The notes below the pieces were generated by a model. The model was not told the origin of the DNA. It searched no databases and saw only the letters and a program-made list of their open reading frames with translations. A stretch of 64,000 nucleotides of DNA from Escherichia phage vB_EcoM_ESCO8: the sequence record OM386653.1. One strand, given 5' to 3'. Both the position numbers and the translations under genes were made by a program. Position 1 is the stretch's first letter. Each line of letters opens with the position of its first letter. This document shows, one piece after another, positions 46,337-55,175 of the stretch.

Positions 46337-46732
46337 ATGAAAGACAACGAAAACATCCTCTATGGGGTATGCCCTTCTGCTTTAGCGTATGATTATACGA
46401 AAACTATTGCTAAGTTTAAATTTCAAGACGGATCAGAATTAGAACCATACGGTTATGCTTATGGTGAACATTTGTGGTTTGAGGATGGTTGTCTATACCT
46501 TCTCATTCAAACTACCAGTGGTTTTGTGGGAGAGCTTGTAGATCGTATGTTGAAAAATGTCAGTGATAAAGTTATTCTTGATATCACTAGTAAGGATGAA
46601 AACATTAATAACATTGTTTCCACTTTTAATGGTTTGACAGGCACTGTTAAAATTGAACGTGTAGGCTTGAGAAATACCAATGGTGTCCCTAATTGCCTTA
46701 TTAAAGTACAACTAAGTGCTGACAATAAATAA
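46337..46732 (+). CDS. hypothetical protein
   Basis: ORF track frame trimmed to ATG after AAGGAG RBS. Confidence 0.5.
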   Translation: MKDNENILYGVCPSALAYDYTKTIAKFKFQDGSELEPYGYAYGEHLWFEDGCLYLLIQTTSGFVGELVDRMLKNVSDKVILDITSKDENINNIVSTFNGLTGTVKIERVGLRNTNGVPNCLIKVQLSADNK

Positions 46733-46736
46733 CAAG

Positions 46737-46754
46737 AAGGGGCGAAAGCCCCTT
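46737..46754 (+). terminator. Hairpin, weak terminator
   Basis: AAGGGGC-gaaa-GCCCCTT; weak T tract. Confidence 0.35.
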
Positions 46755-46781
46755 TACAAAACAATTAATTTGTGGTACAGT
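46753..46781 (+). promoter_or_regulatory. sigma70-like promoter ahead of DNA polymerase gene
   Basis: TTTACA-17nt-TACAGT. Confidence 0.4.
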
Positions 46782-46822
46782 ATTAACAAATTAAGACTTT
46801 AGAAATATTTTAAGGAGGGAGA

Positions 46823-49402
46823 ATGGGAGCTTTTACTTTCGACATTGAAAGTAACAACTTGCTTAATGACGAAAGTGTAGATTACTTGGCAAGTCCATAT
46901 CGTTTAAAAGATAGTTTTGCAATGCACTGTATTGTGTGCGAAAGTCATGATACTGGAGAGATTATTGCTTTCCATGATGGTGATAAATATCTTTTCGATG
47001 GTCGTCCGTATGTTGAGACTGACGGAAAGTATGAATACCGACTGGAGGAATATGAGCATTTAGAATATACCCATTTCCCTCTTAAAGATTTTCCTGATTT
47101 TGTAAATGGAACAGGTAAATTTAAAGGTAATTCAAACTATAAAATTACCAAAGTAGTTGGACATAACATCATTAACTTTGACTTACTGGCAATTAAATTA
47201 TTTTTTAAACTCAACTACAGTATTAAGTACAATACTTGGGGTAATAGTAACATTGAAATTTGTGATACTATGATCTTAAGTAAGACACTAAACCCTGATC
47301 GCTTCGGTGGTCATAGTCTGGCAGAGTTATCTAAGAAAGCTGGAGGGGATGTTAAAATTGATTTTAGAAAAAACATTCCTGAAACTGAAAGATTTAAAAC
47401 ATTTGCAGCAGATATGCTGTATTACTGTATTTACGATAACAAAGCTAACACCGCAGTGTTCCGTTATTTGATGGAAGAGTGGGGTGATTATAACAAGTGG
47501 TCTGAACCATTTAACTTAGAACAACGTGTAGCTGATATTATTACACGTCAAGAGCACCGTGGCTTTGCTTTCAATATGAAACAAGCAGAAGATAATATTC
47601 GTGATCTGGATGCTCGAATGGAAGCATGTCGTTTAGAGGCAGAACCTGTGCTACCTCCTAAACCTGCTACTAAAGGTTATTTGAAATCATTCATTCCACC
47701 TAAACTACAGTTTAAAAAGAATGGTGAACCTTCAAGTAACATGATAAAGTTTGCAGAGAAACATTCTGGTGAACTTGTACAAAAAGAAGATGGTTGGTGG
47801 CTATTTGCATTAGGTAAAGAGTTTAAACTACCTATTCCAGCAGAAGAACCTATTTGTGATCCTACAGTACCTGCTACTTTAGACGACACTACACATATTA
47901 AAAACTGGTTAGTTGGTTTAGGTTGGAGTCCATCTGAATATAAAGATAAAGATATCACTCTTAAATCTGGCACTAAGATTAAGAAAGATGAAGCACAAAT
48001 GGAGAAAGCTATTCGTGACTATGTTGATCAAACATTAGCATCTAACTTCTGCCAGGACAGATGTGATCATCTGGAGTGCACACCAGAAACTTTGGAATGG
48101 AAACTAAGAGATCGTATTGCTAAAGCTAAAGGTCGTGGTGTTAAAGTGCTTACGAACCCTTCCTTTACAAAAGGGCAAGAGAAAGATATTTGTCCTAACT
48201 TGGAAGCACTAGGTGAAAAGTTTCCTTATGCTACGCAGATTGTGCAGTATCTTACGTATAAACACCGTAGGAACTCTATTCTAGGGGGTGGTGCTGATTG
48301 GGAAGAAGATGAAGAGGATTACGATAAAGGTTATCTGGCAGCAGTAAGGGCTGATGGTCGTATACCAACTCCTGCTGCAACGTGTGATGCAGCTACGTCT
48401 CGTATGAAACATAGGCTAGTAGCAAATATCCCACGTGTAACATCTCTGTACGGATATGAAATGCGTAACTTATTTGGTGTAGAAGTTCCAAAATACTTCC
48501 AAATTGGTTATGACTTTGATTCTCTTGAGGCAAAAATAGAATCACACTACTGTTGGCGGTACGAGCAGGAACCACACGAATATTGTAATGCTCTGTTATT
48601 GGAAAAACCTAATGACGTTCATACAATGATGGCTCGACGTATTTCTGACACTATTGGTCGTAAGTTTGAACGAAGCCCTGCTAAATCTGTTAAGTATGGT
48701 ATTACTTATGGTGCTCAAGCTGCAAAAGTAGCAAAAACTATAGGTAGTGATATGTATACAGGACAGCTTGTATACGATGCTTTCTGGGAAGCTGCAAAAC
48801 CTCTTGCGCTTCTTAAAGAACGTCTGCATGACTTTTGGGTTAAAACAGGTAAGAAATACATTCTGGGTATTGATGGTAGGAAAGTACCTACACGATCTGC
48901 ACACGCAATACTTAACTCTCTGTTCCAGAGTGGTGGTGTTATTTGTGCAAAAAGAGCAATGGTTATCTACGACGATCTTATCGAAGAAGAAGGATTAGCT
49001 GTTGACTTTTTTGTTGATGACTGGAAAAATAAGTCATTCGTTCAACAAATGATTGCATATCACGATGAAGCACAGCTTGAAGTAACTCGTGATCTGGTGC
49101 ATTTTAAATGGTTCTCTAAAGAATCTTTAGGTTGGACTCAAGTTGATGATCCAGAAGAACAAAAGAAAATTGATAAAGAATGTTTGGATAAAGTTAATGC
49201 CTGGAAAGAAGAGGAAGAGAAACGTACTGGCAAGATTTGGGCTAACGTACATGAATCTCCGAAAGGTGGTTGGTTTACAGCCTACAGTCGTGCTGGAGAA
49301 TTAGCATCTATCGCTGTTAATAAAGCTGGTGAGTATTACAATCTTAATGTACCTCTCACTGCTGGTTACGATGTTGGTAACTCATGGGCGTCTTGTCACT
49401 GA
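46823..49402 (+). CDS. DNA polymerase, family A, with 3'-5' exonuclease domain
   Basis: 859 aa; exo I FDIESNNL; pol motif A GYDFDSLEAKI, motif B RSPAKSVKYGITYG, motif C AYHDEAQLEV. Confidence 0.85.
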   Translation: MGAFTFDIESNNLLNDESVDYLASPYRLKDSFAMHCIVCESHDTGEIIAFHDGDKYLFDGRPYVETDGKYEYRLEEYEHLEYTHFPLKDFPDFVNGTGKFKGNSNYKITKVVGHNIINFDLLAIKLFFKLNYSIKYNTWGNSNIEICDTMILSKTLNPDRFGGHSLAELSKKAGGDVKIDFRKNIPETERFKTFAADMLYYCIYDNKANTAVFRYLMEEWGDYNKWSEPFNLEQRVADIITRQEHRGFAFNMKQAEDNIRDLDARMEACRLEAEPVLPPKPATKGYLKSFIPPKLQFKKNGEPSSNMIKFAEKHSGELVQKEDGWWLFALGKEFKLPIPAEEPICDPTVPATLDDTTHIKNWLVGLGWSPSEYKDKDITLKSGTKIKKDEAQMEKAIRDYVDQTLASNFCQDRCDHLECTPETLEWKLRDRIAKAKGRGVKVLTNPSFTKGQEKDICPNLEALGEKFPYATQIVQYLTYKHRRNSILGGGADWEEDEEDYDKGYLAAVRADGRIPTPAATCDAATSRMKHRLVANIPRVTSLYGYEMRNLFGVEVPKYFQIGYDFDSLEAKIESHYCWRYEQEPHEYCNALLLEKPNDVHTMMARRISDTIGRKFERSPAKSVKYGITYGAQAAKVAKTIGSDMYTGQLVYDAFWEAAKPLALLKERLHDFWVKTGKKYILGIDGRKVPTRSAHAILNSLFQSGGVICAKRAMVIYDDLIEEEGLAVDFFVDDWKNKSFVQQMIAYHDEAQLEVTRDLVHFKWFSKESLGWTQVDDPEEQKKIDKECLDKVNAWKEEEEKRTGKIWANVHESPKGGWFTAYSRAGELASIAVNKAGEYYNLNVPLTAGYDVGNSWASCH

Positions 49403-49429
49403 CATCTCTTTGATTTTAAAGGAGTTTTT

Positions 49430-50026
49430 ATGCTTACCGTATATGGTGAAGGTATTAATGATTTGGAAGGCGAGAGTACGCTACCTGGTAGTAAGAAACT
49501 AACGCCGCATTATATGAAATGGATGGCTATGTTGGGGAGGTGTTACTCCCCTTGTCAACAAGAACGTGATCCTTGTTATAATGGGGTGACGGTTTGTGAA
49601 GAATGGAAACTGTTCTCCAATTTCTACTCCTGGTTGCAAACTTGGGATAACTGGGAAAACTTAGAACTTGATAAAGATATTATAGGAGGGAGAGTTTACT
49701 CTCCCGATACCTGTCTTTTAGTAACAGGAGATCTTAACAAGTTCTTAGCTTATAGAGTAAGTAAAAGATCTCATGGGACTATGGTAGGATGTAGTTACGA
49801 AAAAGATCGTAAAAAGTATAAAGCCCATATTCAACGTGATGGACGTATTATAACGCTGGGACGTTTTAATACTGAAATTGAAGCGCATCTTTGCTGGTTG
49901 AAAGCTAAGGCAGAGCAGCTTACAAAATTCTTTGAAACTGAAGATGAAAGAGTTGTTCCACATCTTAAAGCACTATATAATGAAATGCTTGAGTATGTAG
50001 AACAACACAAAGAGTGGACACGATAG
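49430..50026 (+). CDS. AP2-domain DNA-binding protein (homing-endonuclease-associated type)
   Basis: 198 aa; GCSYEKDRKKYKAHIQRDGRIITLGRFNTEIEAH matches AP2/HNH-associated DNA-binding module; catalytic HNH motif not identified. Confidence 0.45.
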   Translation: MLTVYGEGINDLEGESTLPGSKKLTPHYMKWMAMLGRCYSPCQQERDPCYNGVTVCEEWKLFSNFYSWLQTWDNWENLELDKDIIGGRVYSPDTCLLVTGDLNKFLAYRVSKRSHGTMVGCSYEKDRKKYKAHIQRDGRIITLGRFNTEIEAHLCWLKAKAEQLTKFFETEDERVVPHLKALYNEMLEYVEQHKEWTR

Positions 50027-50034
50027 GAGAAAAT

Positions 50035-50628
50035 ATGAATATTGAAGATCAAAAAGTACGAGCTTTAGAAGTATTACGTATGTGCCAACTGGTAGATCCG
50101 TTTGCAATTGTAGCTGGCGGCGCTGTACGTGATTGGCGATTAGAGAAACCTGCGCAAGATATTGACATTTACTTGCGTATGCCTAACCACAATACACTCG
50201 TACTAGTAGAGAAATTTTTGATGTTGGGTGTTGGTGCACGTAATGTTAAACAACTTACTAAGCAAACAGAACACACTTATGCCGAACTACCACATTTGAA
50301 ATGGGTATTTGAAGCATACTATAAAGATCTTAAGTTTAACTTTATGATCATGGAAGAGGGTGTACGCAGTGAAATCGTATGGAACTTTGATGTGGCTATT
50401 TGCCTGTGTTACTGGGATGGTCAAAATTATGTATATCATCCAGACTTTGAATTTGCACTGAAAACTAATATTTGTACTATTAATCACCGATACACAGGTA
50501 AGGAAGCACACGTCCGTAAAATGGCAGAACGTTTCCCTATGTTCCGCTTTGTAAAAGACGTTTTCATTCCCAAAGAACCAGAAGTACGTACACTGGATTC
50601 ATTTAACAACGAAGAATTTAAGATTTAA
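50035..50628 (+). CDS. Nucleotidyltransferase, CCA-adding-enzyme head-domain-like
   Basis: Start ATG after AGGAG; AIVAGGAVRDWRL...DIDIY parallels GGAVRD...D.D motif of tRNA nucleotidyltransferases; only ~197 aa. Confidence 0.5.
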   Translation: MNIEDQKVRALEVLRMCQLVDPFAIVAGGAVRDWRLEKPAQDIDIYLRMPNHNTLVLVEKFLMLGVGARNVKQLTKQTEHTYAELPHLKWVFEAYYKDLKFNFMIMEEGVRSEIVWNFDVAICLCYWDGQNYVYHPDFEFALKTNICTINHRYTGKEAHVRKMAERFPMFRFVKDVFIPKEPEVRTLDSFNNEEFKI

Positions 50629-50671
50629 GTGTTGACAAACATTATAATTATGTGTTATTATGAGGACTTGA

Positions 50672-51070
50672 ATGACAGATAATCGTTCTAAAATCTTAGT
50701 CGAGACGTTCTACAGTAGAGAAACTAACCGTCTTGAGCTAACTAAAAAAGATGTTGAACCTCAAGATAATACCTTTTTTATTCAAATACTATGTCTCTTT
50801 GGTGGATACAACCGTTTAACAGTGCGGGTAGAAAACAAAGAGATATCTGAAACCACTATCACAAAACGTGAGCTTATGTTACTACAGGATACAATACGAG
50901 ATGTTTTGGATAATCCTGGAAAAGCAAAAGTAATTAACCTTGGTGGAGAAAAGATACAAATCCTCCATTTCGAAAGTGGTGAAATAGGATTTGGTATTGG
51001 TCTTGGTAAATACCTGTTGGAAGAAACTGACGCTACTCTTTTACGAGAGTTTTGTGTTAAAGTAATGTAA
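50672..51070 (+). CDS. hypothetical protein
   Basis: ORF track 132 aa. Confidence 0.5.
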   Translation: MTDNRSKILVETFYSRETNRLELTKKDVEPQDNTFFIQILCLFGGYNRLTVRVENKEISETTITKRELMLLQDTIRDVLDNPGKAKVINLGGEKIQILHFESGEIGFGIGLGKYLLEETDATLLREFCVKVM

Positions 51071-51086
51071 TTATAGAGGAGAATTT

Positions 51087-52034
51087 ATGCCAGTAATTAA
51101 TTCTGAAATCGACCGTCGTACTAAAAAAGAAGCATTCTGGGCTGAAGGTATCGTTGAATATGTCAAACTGGATAAGTTTGATGAAATGAAAGTCTCTTAT
51201 ATTAAGGTTGCAGGTCAGCCAGATAAGAAAATTGAATCAACTCACAAAGCATCTCTGCTTATTAAAGAGAAAGGTGCTAGTGCTGATGATAAAGGTGTTT
51301 GGGTTAGCCTAGGTGAAGTTAAACTGCATCCAGAACATGAAAACCTGCAAGTTAAAGATGGTGACAAGTGGGTTACTATCGAAAAAGGTGTAGAACTAAC
51401 TATGGATGTTAAACCTTCTGAATGGAATGGCAAAACATACTACAATTCCTCTAAAGGTAAAATCACTATTCTTTCAACAGAAGGTGTTCAGCAAGCACAA
51501 TCTTCTTCAAAAGGTGGAAATAAGCCATCTAATAACGAAGGTAGCAAGCCTAACTACAAAAAACGTGATACCGTAGGGATTGAAACAGGACACGCTGTAA
51601 ACGGCGCTCTGGAGCTTCTACGTGCTGGTGTGAAAGGTGATGCTTTCGACTTGGCTGGTGTGGTACAATCTGCAACTGTTACTCTGAAAGCAGAAATTGC
51701 TAAAGATCGTGGCGTTGATGTGACTGACTATGATCTTGGTGCTTCAGTTGGACACGCAATTCTTAACGCTTGTCGTGATCATACAGGTAAAACTGTAACG
51801 GCAGAAGAGATTATTGAAGCTGCTCGTGAAGTTCTTGCTTTGTCTGATAAAGTAGCTGCTGCTATCCGTGGAATGTCTACCCCAGTACAAGAAGTTAAGA
51901 AAGAAACTAAAAAAGTAGAGAAGAAAGAGCCAGCACCGAAAGAACCAGAACCTGTTGTTCAAGATTTCGATGATGATATCCCATTTGCTCCTATTGGTTT
52001 GCAGTATGGTCGAAACTTCCTGCACTGTTTCTAA
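51087..52034 (+). CDS. SSB-like protein with internal DFDDDIPF motif
   Basis: 315 aa; DFDDDIPF (E. coli SSB C-terminal tip) located 15 residues before C-terminus; context among replication genes. Confidence 0.45.
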   Translation: MPVINSEIDRRTKKEAFWAEGIVEYVKLDKFDEMKVSYIKVAGQPDKKIESTHKASLLIKEKGASADDKGVWVSLGEVKLHPEHENLQVKDGDKWVTIEKGVELTMDVKPSEWNGKTYYNSSKGKITILSTEGVQQAQSSSKGGNKPSNNEGSKPNYKKRDTVGIETGHAVNGALELLRAGVKGDAFDLAGVVQSATVTLKAEIAKDRGVDVTDYDLGASVGHAILNACRDHTGKTVTAEEIIEAAREVLALSDKVAAAIRGMSTPVQEVKKETKKVEKKEPAPKEPEPVVQDFDDDIPFAPIGLQYGRNFLHCF

Positions 52035-52056
52035 TAGTTAAATATTGTGTAAATAT

Positions 52057-52083
52057 AAGGAGCCTAACGGCTCCTTTTCTTTG
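52057..52083 (+). terminator. Rho-independent terminator
   Basis: AAGGAGCC-taac-GGCTCCTT followed by TTCTTTG. Confidence 0.6.
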
Positions 52084-52094
52084 AAGGAGATATA

Positions 52095-52826
52095 ATGAGC
52101 GAATTTGTAAACAACACCGCGTTAAACTACCTGCAAACCCTCGAAAGCAATAGTGTAGATTTGATTCTTACTGACCCACCATATGCTATTTCTCGTGACA
52201 CAAATTTTCAATCTGGAGAGCCTACTGGAAAAGATACAGATAGATTCCGTGTATCTTACAACTTTGGGGATTGGGATGTTGTAGATATTCCTTACTTTAA
52301 AGAAGTATTCAAAGAAGCCTATAGGGTGCTTAGAAAAGGTGGTACTTGCATAGTTTGGTATGATATCTGGAAGATCCAGGAGCTACGTGAAATCCTTGAA
52401 CCGCTTGGTTTTCGTATGTTCCGTACTATTGAATGGATTAAAACAAACCCTGTACCCATCAACAGTGGTGTTAACTACCTTAGTAACGCTAAAGAGATGG
52501 CTATTGTTTGTGTTAAAGGTTCTAAGCCAACCTTCAATGCCTCCTACCACAAGGGTGTGTTTGAGTATCCTATCTATCAAGGAGCAGATCGTTTTCATCC
52601 GACACAAAAACACTTGACTTTGTTTTGTGACCTTATTAATATACATACCAACGAAGGAGATGTAGTCTTAGACTTCTTCTCTGGAAGTGCAACAACACAA
52701 GTTGCGGCACTTTTAACAGGTAGAGAATACTTAGGCTGTGAAGCCGATGTAAATATTTTTAAGCAAGCGGAGGAACGACTAAATGAGTACACTGAACAGC
52801 AAAATCACCCTGAAAGCACTGATTAA
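52095..52826 (+). CDS. DNA methyltransferase, beta-class amino-MTase (N6A or N4C)
   Basis: 243 aa; motif IV LILTDPPYAI near N-terminus, motif I DFFSGSATT near C-terminus (beta-class order). Confidence 0.7.
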   Translation: MSEFVNNTALNYLQTLESNSVDLILTDPPYAISRDTNFQSGEPTGKDTDRFRVSYNFGDWDVVDIPYFKEVFKEAYRVLRKGGTCIVWYDIWKIQELREILEPLGFRMFRTIEWIKTNPVPINSGVNYLSNAKEMAIVCVKGSKPTFNASYHKGVFEYPIYQGADRFHPTQKHLTLFCDLINIHTNEGDVVLDFFSGSATTQVAALLTGREYLGCEADVNIFKQAEERLNEYTEQQNHPESTD

Positions 52827-53214
52827 CAACGGTATGAACCTGGACTCTGGTCTGTCTCCAAAGATTTCTATGGCACGACTAGAACAAGTTACTGGTCTTC
52901 GTCAAGTAAGTAATGGCGGTAAGATTATTCGTGATGACGCTGTACCTTTTAATAAATTTCAGATTGAACGTCATTACGATCCTGTAACTGCAAGTCTCAC
53001 TGGTGTAACTTTCTCAGGTTATCGTACTGCCGGATACCAACGTAAGGTTGTAGCTGAACGTATTAAAAATCGCAAACAGAAAATTGCAACATTGAAGAAA
53101 CTAGTAGAGAAAGATGTTTCAGAACTTCTTAACCTGTATGAAACTCTTGAGACAAAAGGTGAAGATCATAAACTCTTCTCTAAAGAAGATGTGAGCGTAA
53201 TTTTCACTGATTAA
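52783..53214 (+). CDS. hypothetical protein (start uncertain)
   Basis: ORF track 143 aa; overlaps MTase 3' end by 44 nt, later ATG possible. Confidence 0.4.
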   Translation: MSTLNSKITLKALINNGMNLDSGLSPKISMARLEQVTGLRQVSNGGKIIRDDAVPFNKFQIERHYDPVTASLTGVTFSGYRTAGYQRKVVAERIKNRKQKIATLKKLVEKDVSELLNLYETLETKGEDHKLFSKEDVSVIFTD

Positions 53215-53223
53215 GATAAAAGA

Positions 53224-53248
53224 AAAGGAGCCTATTGGCTCCTTTTTG
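53224..53248. terminator. Bidirectional terminator between convergent genes
   Basis: AAAAGGAGCC-tatt-GGCTCCTTTT with T/A runs both sides. Confidence 0.65.
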
Positions 53249-53249
53249 T

Positions 53250-55136
53250 TTATGTAACATTGACTGTAAATCTGACAAGAGGTGATAACACGTCATTATC
53301 AGCATCATAGTGTGCAACATCAAACACTGCTGTACCTGCTGCAAACCCGTATTGTTCAACCTGATCTGCATAAGTAAATGTGTAAGTGTTAGTATCAAGA
53401 GTTTGTTCTGTAAGAATTGCTGCTGTGAGGACGTTTACATTTCGGAAGTAATGTTTGGTATATCCTGCTGGTTCCCAAGAAATAATTGCATCTTGGTTAG
53501 CTTGTCTTACAGCGGCTCCTCCTGTTGGAACAGACATATCAACCCAAACAGGTGGTGTTGATGTTAAATCTGTACCGTCTGCTGCTGATTTAGCAAGTTT
53601 TGTAGCTGCTGTTTGATATACAGAAGAAATATAATGGATACGACCATCAATACCTTCTTCATAAACATAACCACTGTAACGTTCAGCACCATCTACCCAA
53701 GAACCAATGATAACATCATCACGTGCTGTAGAGATGGTTCTTTGTACATTTCTGTACTTCTGCCAATCCACACCATTAACTTCTACACCATATAAATAAG
53801 AACGTCCTAGGATCTGCCAAACAATTTTTGCTTGAGAAGCAGGAACTATTGTACGCATCTTATCAAAGATAGCTATCGTAGCATCATGGTAACGTGTAGT
53901 GTTACTGTACCTACCTGCAACAGTCGAAGATGCTGATACAGCATCATTTTCACCTTGTCCCCAAATAATTGCTTTAACCTTACTTGCATAAGGTGTGACT
54001 TTAGTGATAAAGTTAGTTAAGCATGGCCCATCTGCTGTGTTATCCAGATCATACCAGTAGTTGTCTGGTGTACCTGTTCCAGCTTTATCGTCAGCATATT
54101 TATCTGCTGCTGATGATCCAGAAGCTGTATTTAACGGAAGAACTTCAGCATTTGCTAAACCACGTTGCGTAGCATATGCATTACGGGTTGTTGTGCTACT
54201 CATTACTGCTTTATTTGCACCAGATAATTCTGTAAAGTGTGCATTTACGTTATCTTGTCCAGCAAAGACAATAACTTCTTTAATGAACGAATCATCTGTA
54301 GCTATTGAGTTATTAAAGATAACGGCTGCTGCTTTGGTGCTCTTAACGCTAATTTTAAGGTATGTTGGAGCAAACCCATAAAGAGGAATAGAGTCAGAGA
54401 TATCAAAGTAAGCGTAAGTATTCGTGGTTGTTGTAGTCCACTGAACACTATTATCACTTAAATCTAATACTTCTACAGTATAAGTATCACCGTCTAGTGG
54501 ATCAGTTACATCCCAAGCAACACGAACGTCTCCATAACTGTTTGCCACGGCTGTTACATTAGAAATAACAGGAATAGCATTAACACCTAAATAAGAACTA
54601 TCAGAGGCCACAACTGTTCCTTGATACGTTGCAGTACAACCTATACGGCAATTGCCATCTTTAAGAGCAGTTATTAATCCTGTAGGGCTTACAGTAGCTA
54701 CTTCTGGATCTGTTGTGGTGTATGTAATTACCATATCTGGAAGGTCTTTAGCACCTTCTGGACTGATTGTAGCAACCAACTGTTGAGTAGTGCCTACATC
54801 CATAGCCGATAGACTTTCAGTGTACACACTTAATTCTGAAGCATAACCACCAGATTGATCAGTTAAGACAGCACCTAAATTATTTTTAGCTGTCATTATT
54901 GCATCAAAACCACCTTCAGCAACAAACTCCATCATACCATTATTATCTATAACCATTTTGGTATTATCTGAAGATGAAAAAGCTATATCAAATAACGCAC
55001 CATCTTCGGGTGTAACTGTATATGTCAGTTGTTTTTTACTACCAACTATTGCAATGCCAATAGAGGAAGTGGTTATAGATGTAGCTGTTACTACTGAAGC
55101 TGATGTTGTTGACATAAATAAAGGAATAGGATACAT
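53250..55136 (-). CDS. Tail fiber / receptor-binding protein with Ig-like (Big_2) domains and SASA-type carbohydrate esterase domain
   Basis: 628 aa; Big_2-like ATVSPTGLITALKDGNCRIGCTA; esterase-like motifs IVFAGQDNVNAH and IIWGQGENDA. Confidence 0.55.
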   Translation of the reverse strand: MYPIPLFMSTTSASVVTATSITTSSIGIAIVGSKKQLTYTVTPEDGALFDIAFSSSDNTKMVIDNNGMMEFVAEGGFDAIMTAKNNLGAVLTDQSGGYASELSVYTESLSAMDVGTTQQLVATISPEGAKDLPDMVITYTTTDPEVATVSPTGLITALKDGNCRIGCTATYQGTVVASDSSYLGVNAIPVISNVTAVANSYGDVRVAWDVTDPLDGDTYTVEVLDLSDNSVQWTTTTTNTYAYFDISDSIPLYGFAPTYLKISVKSTKAAAVIFNNSIATDDSFIKEVIVFAGQDNVNAHFTELSGANKAVMSSTTTRNAYATQRGLANAEVLPLNTASGSSAADKYADDKAGTGTPDNYWYDLDNTADGPCLTNFITKVTPYASKVKAIIWGQGENDAVSASSTVAGRYSNTTRYHDATIAIFDKMRTIVPASQAKIVWQILGRSYLYGVEVNGVDWQKYRNVQRTISTARDDVIIGSWVDGAERYSGYVYEEGIDGRIHYISSVYQTAATKLAKSAADGTDLTSTPPVWVDMSVPTGGAAVRQANQDAIISWEPAGYTKHYFRNVNVLTAAILTEQTLDTNTYTFTYADQVEQYGFAAGTAVFDVAHYDADNDVLSPLVRFTVNVT

Positions 55137-55154
55137 TTAATCTCCTTAAACAAT

Positions 55155-55172
55155 AAGCCCCCGAAGGGGCTT
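55155..55172 (-). terminator. Hairpin terminator
   Basis: AAGCCCC-cgaa-GGGGCTT 3' of minus gene 55176..57137. Confidence 0.5.
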
Positions 55173-55175
55173 TGA

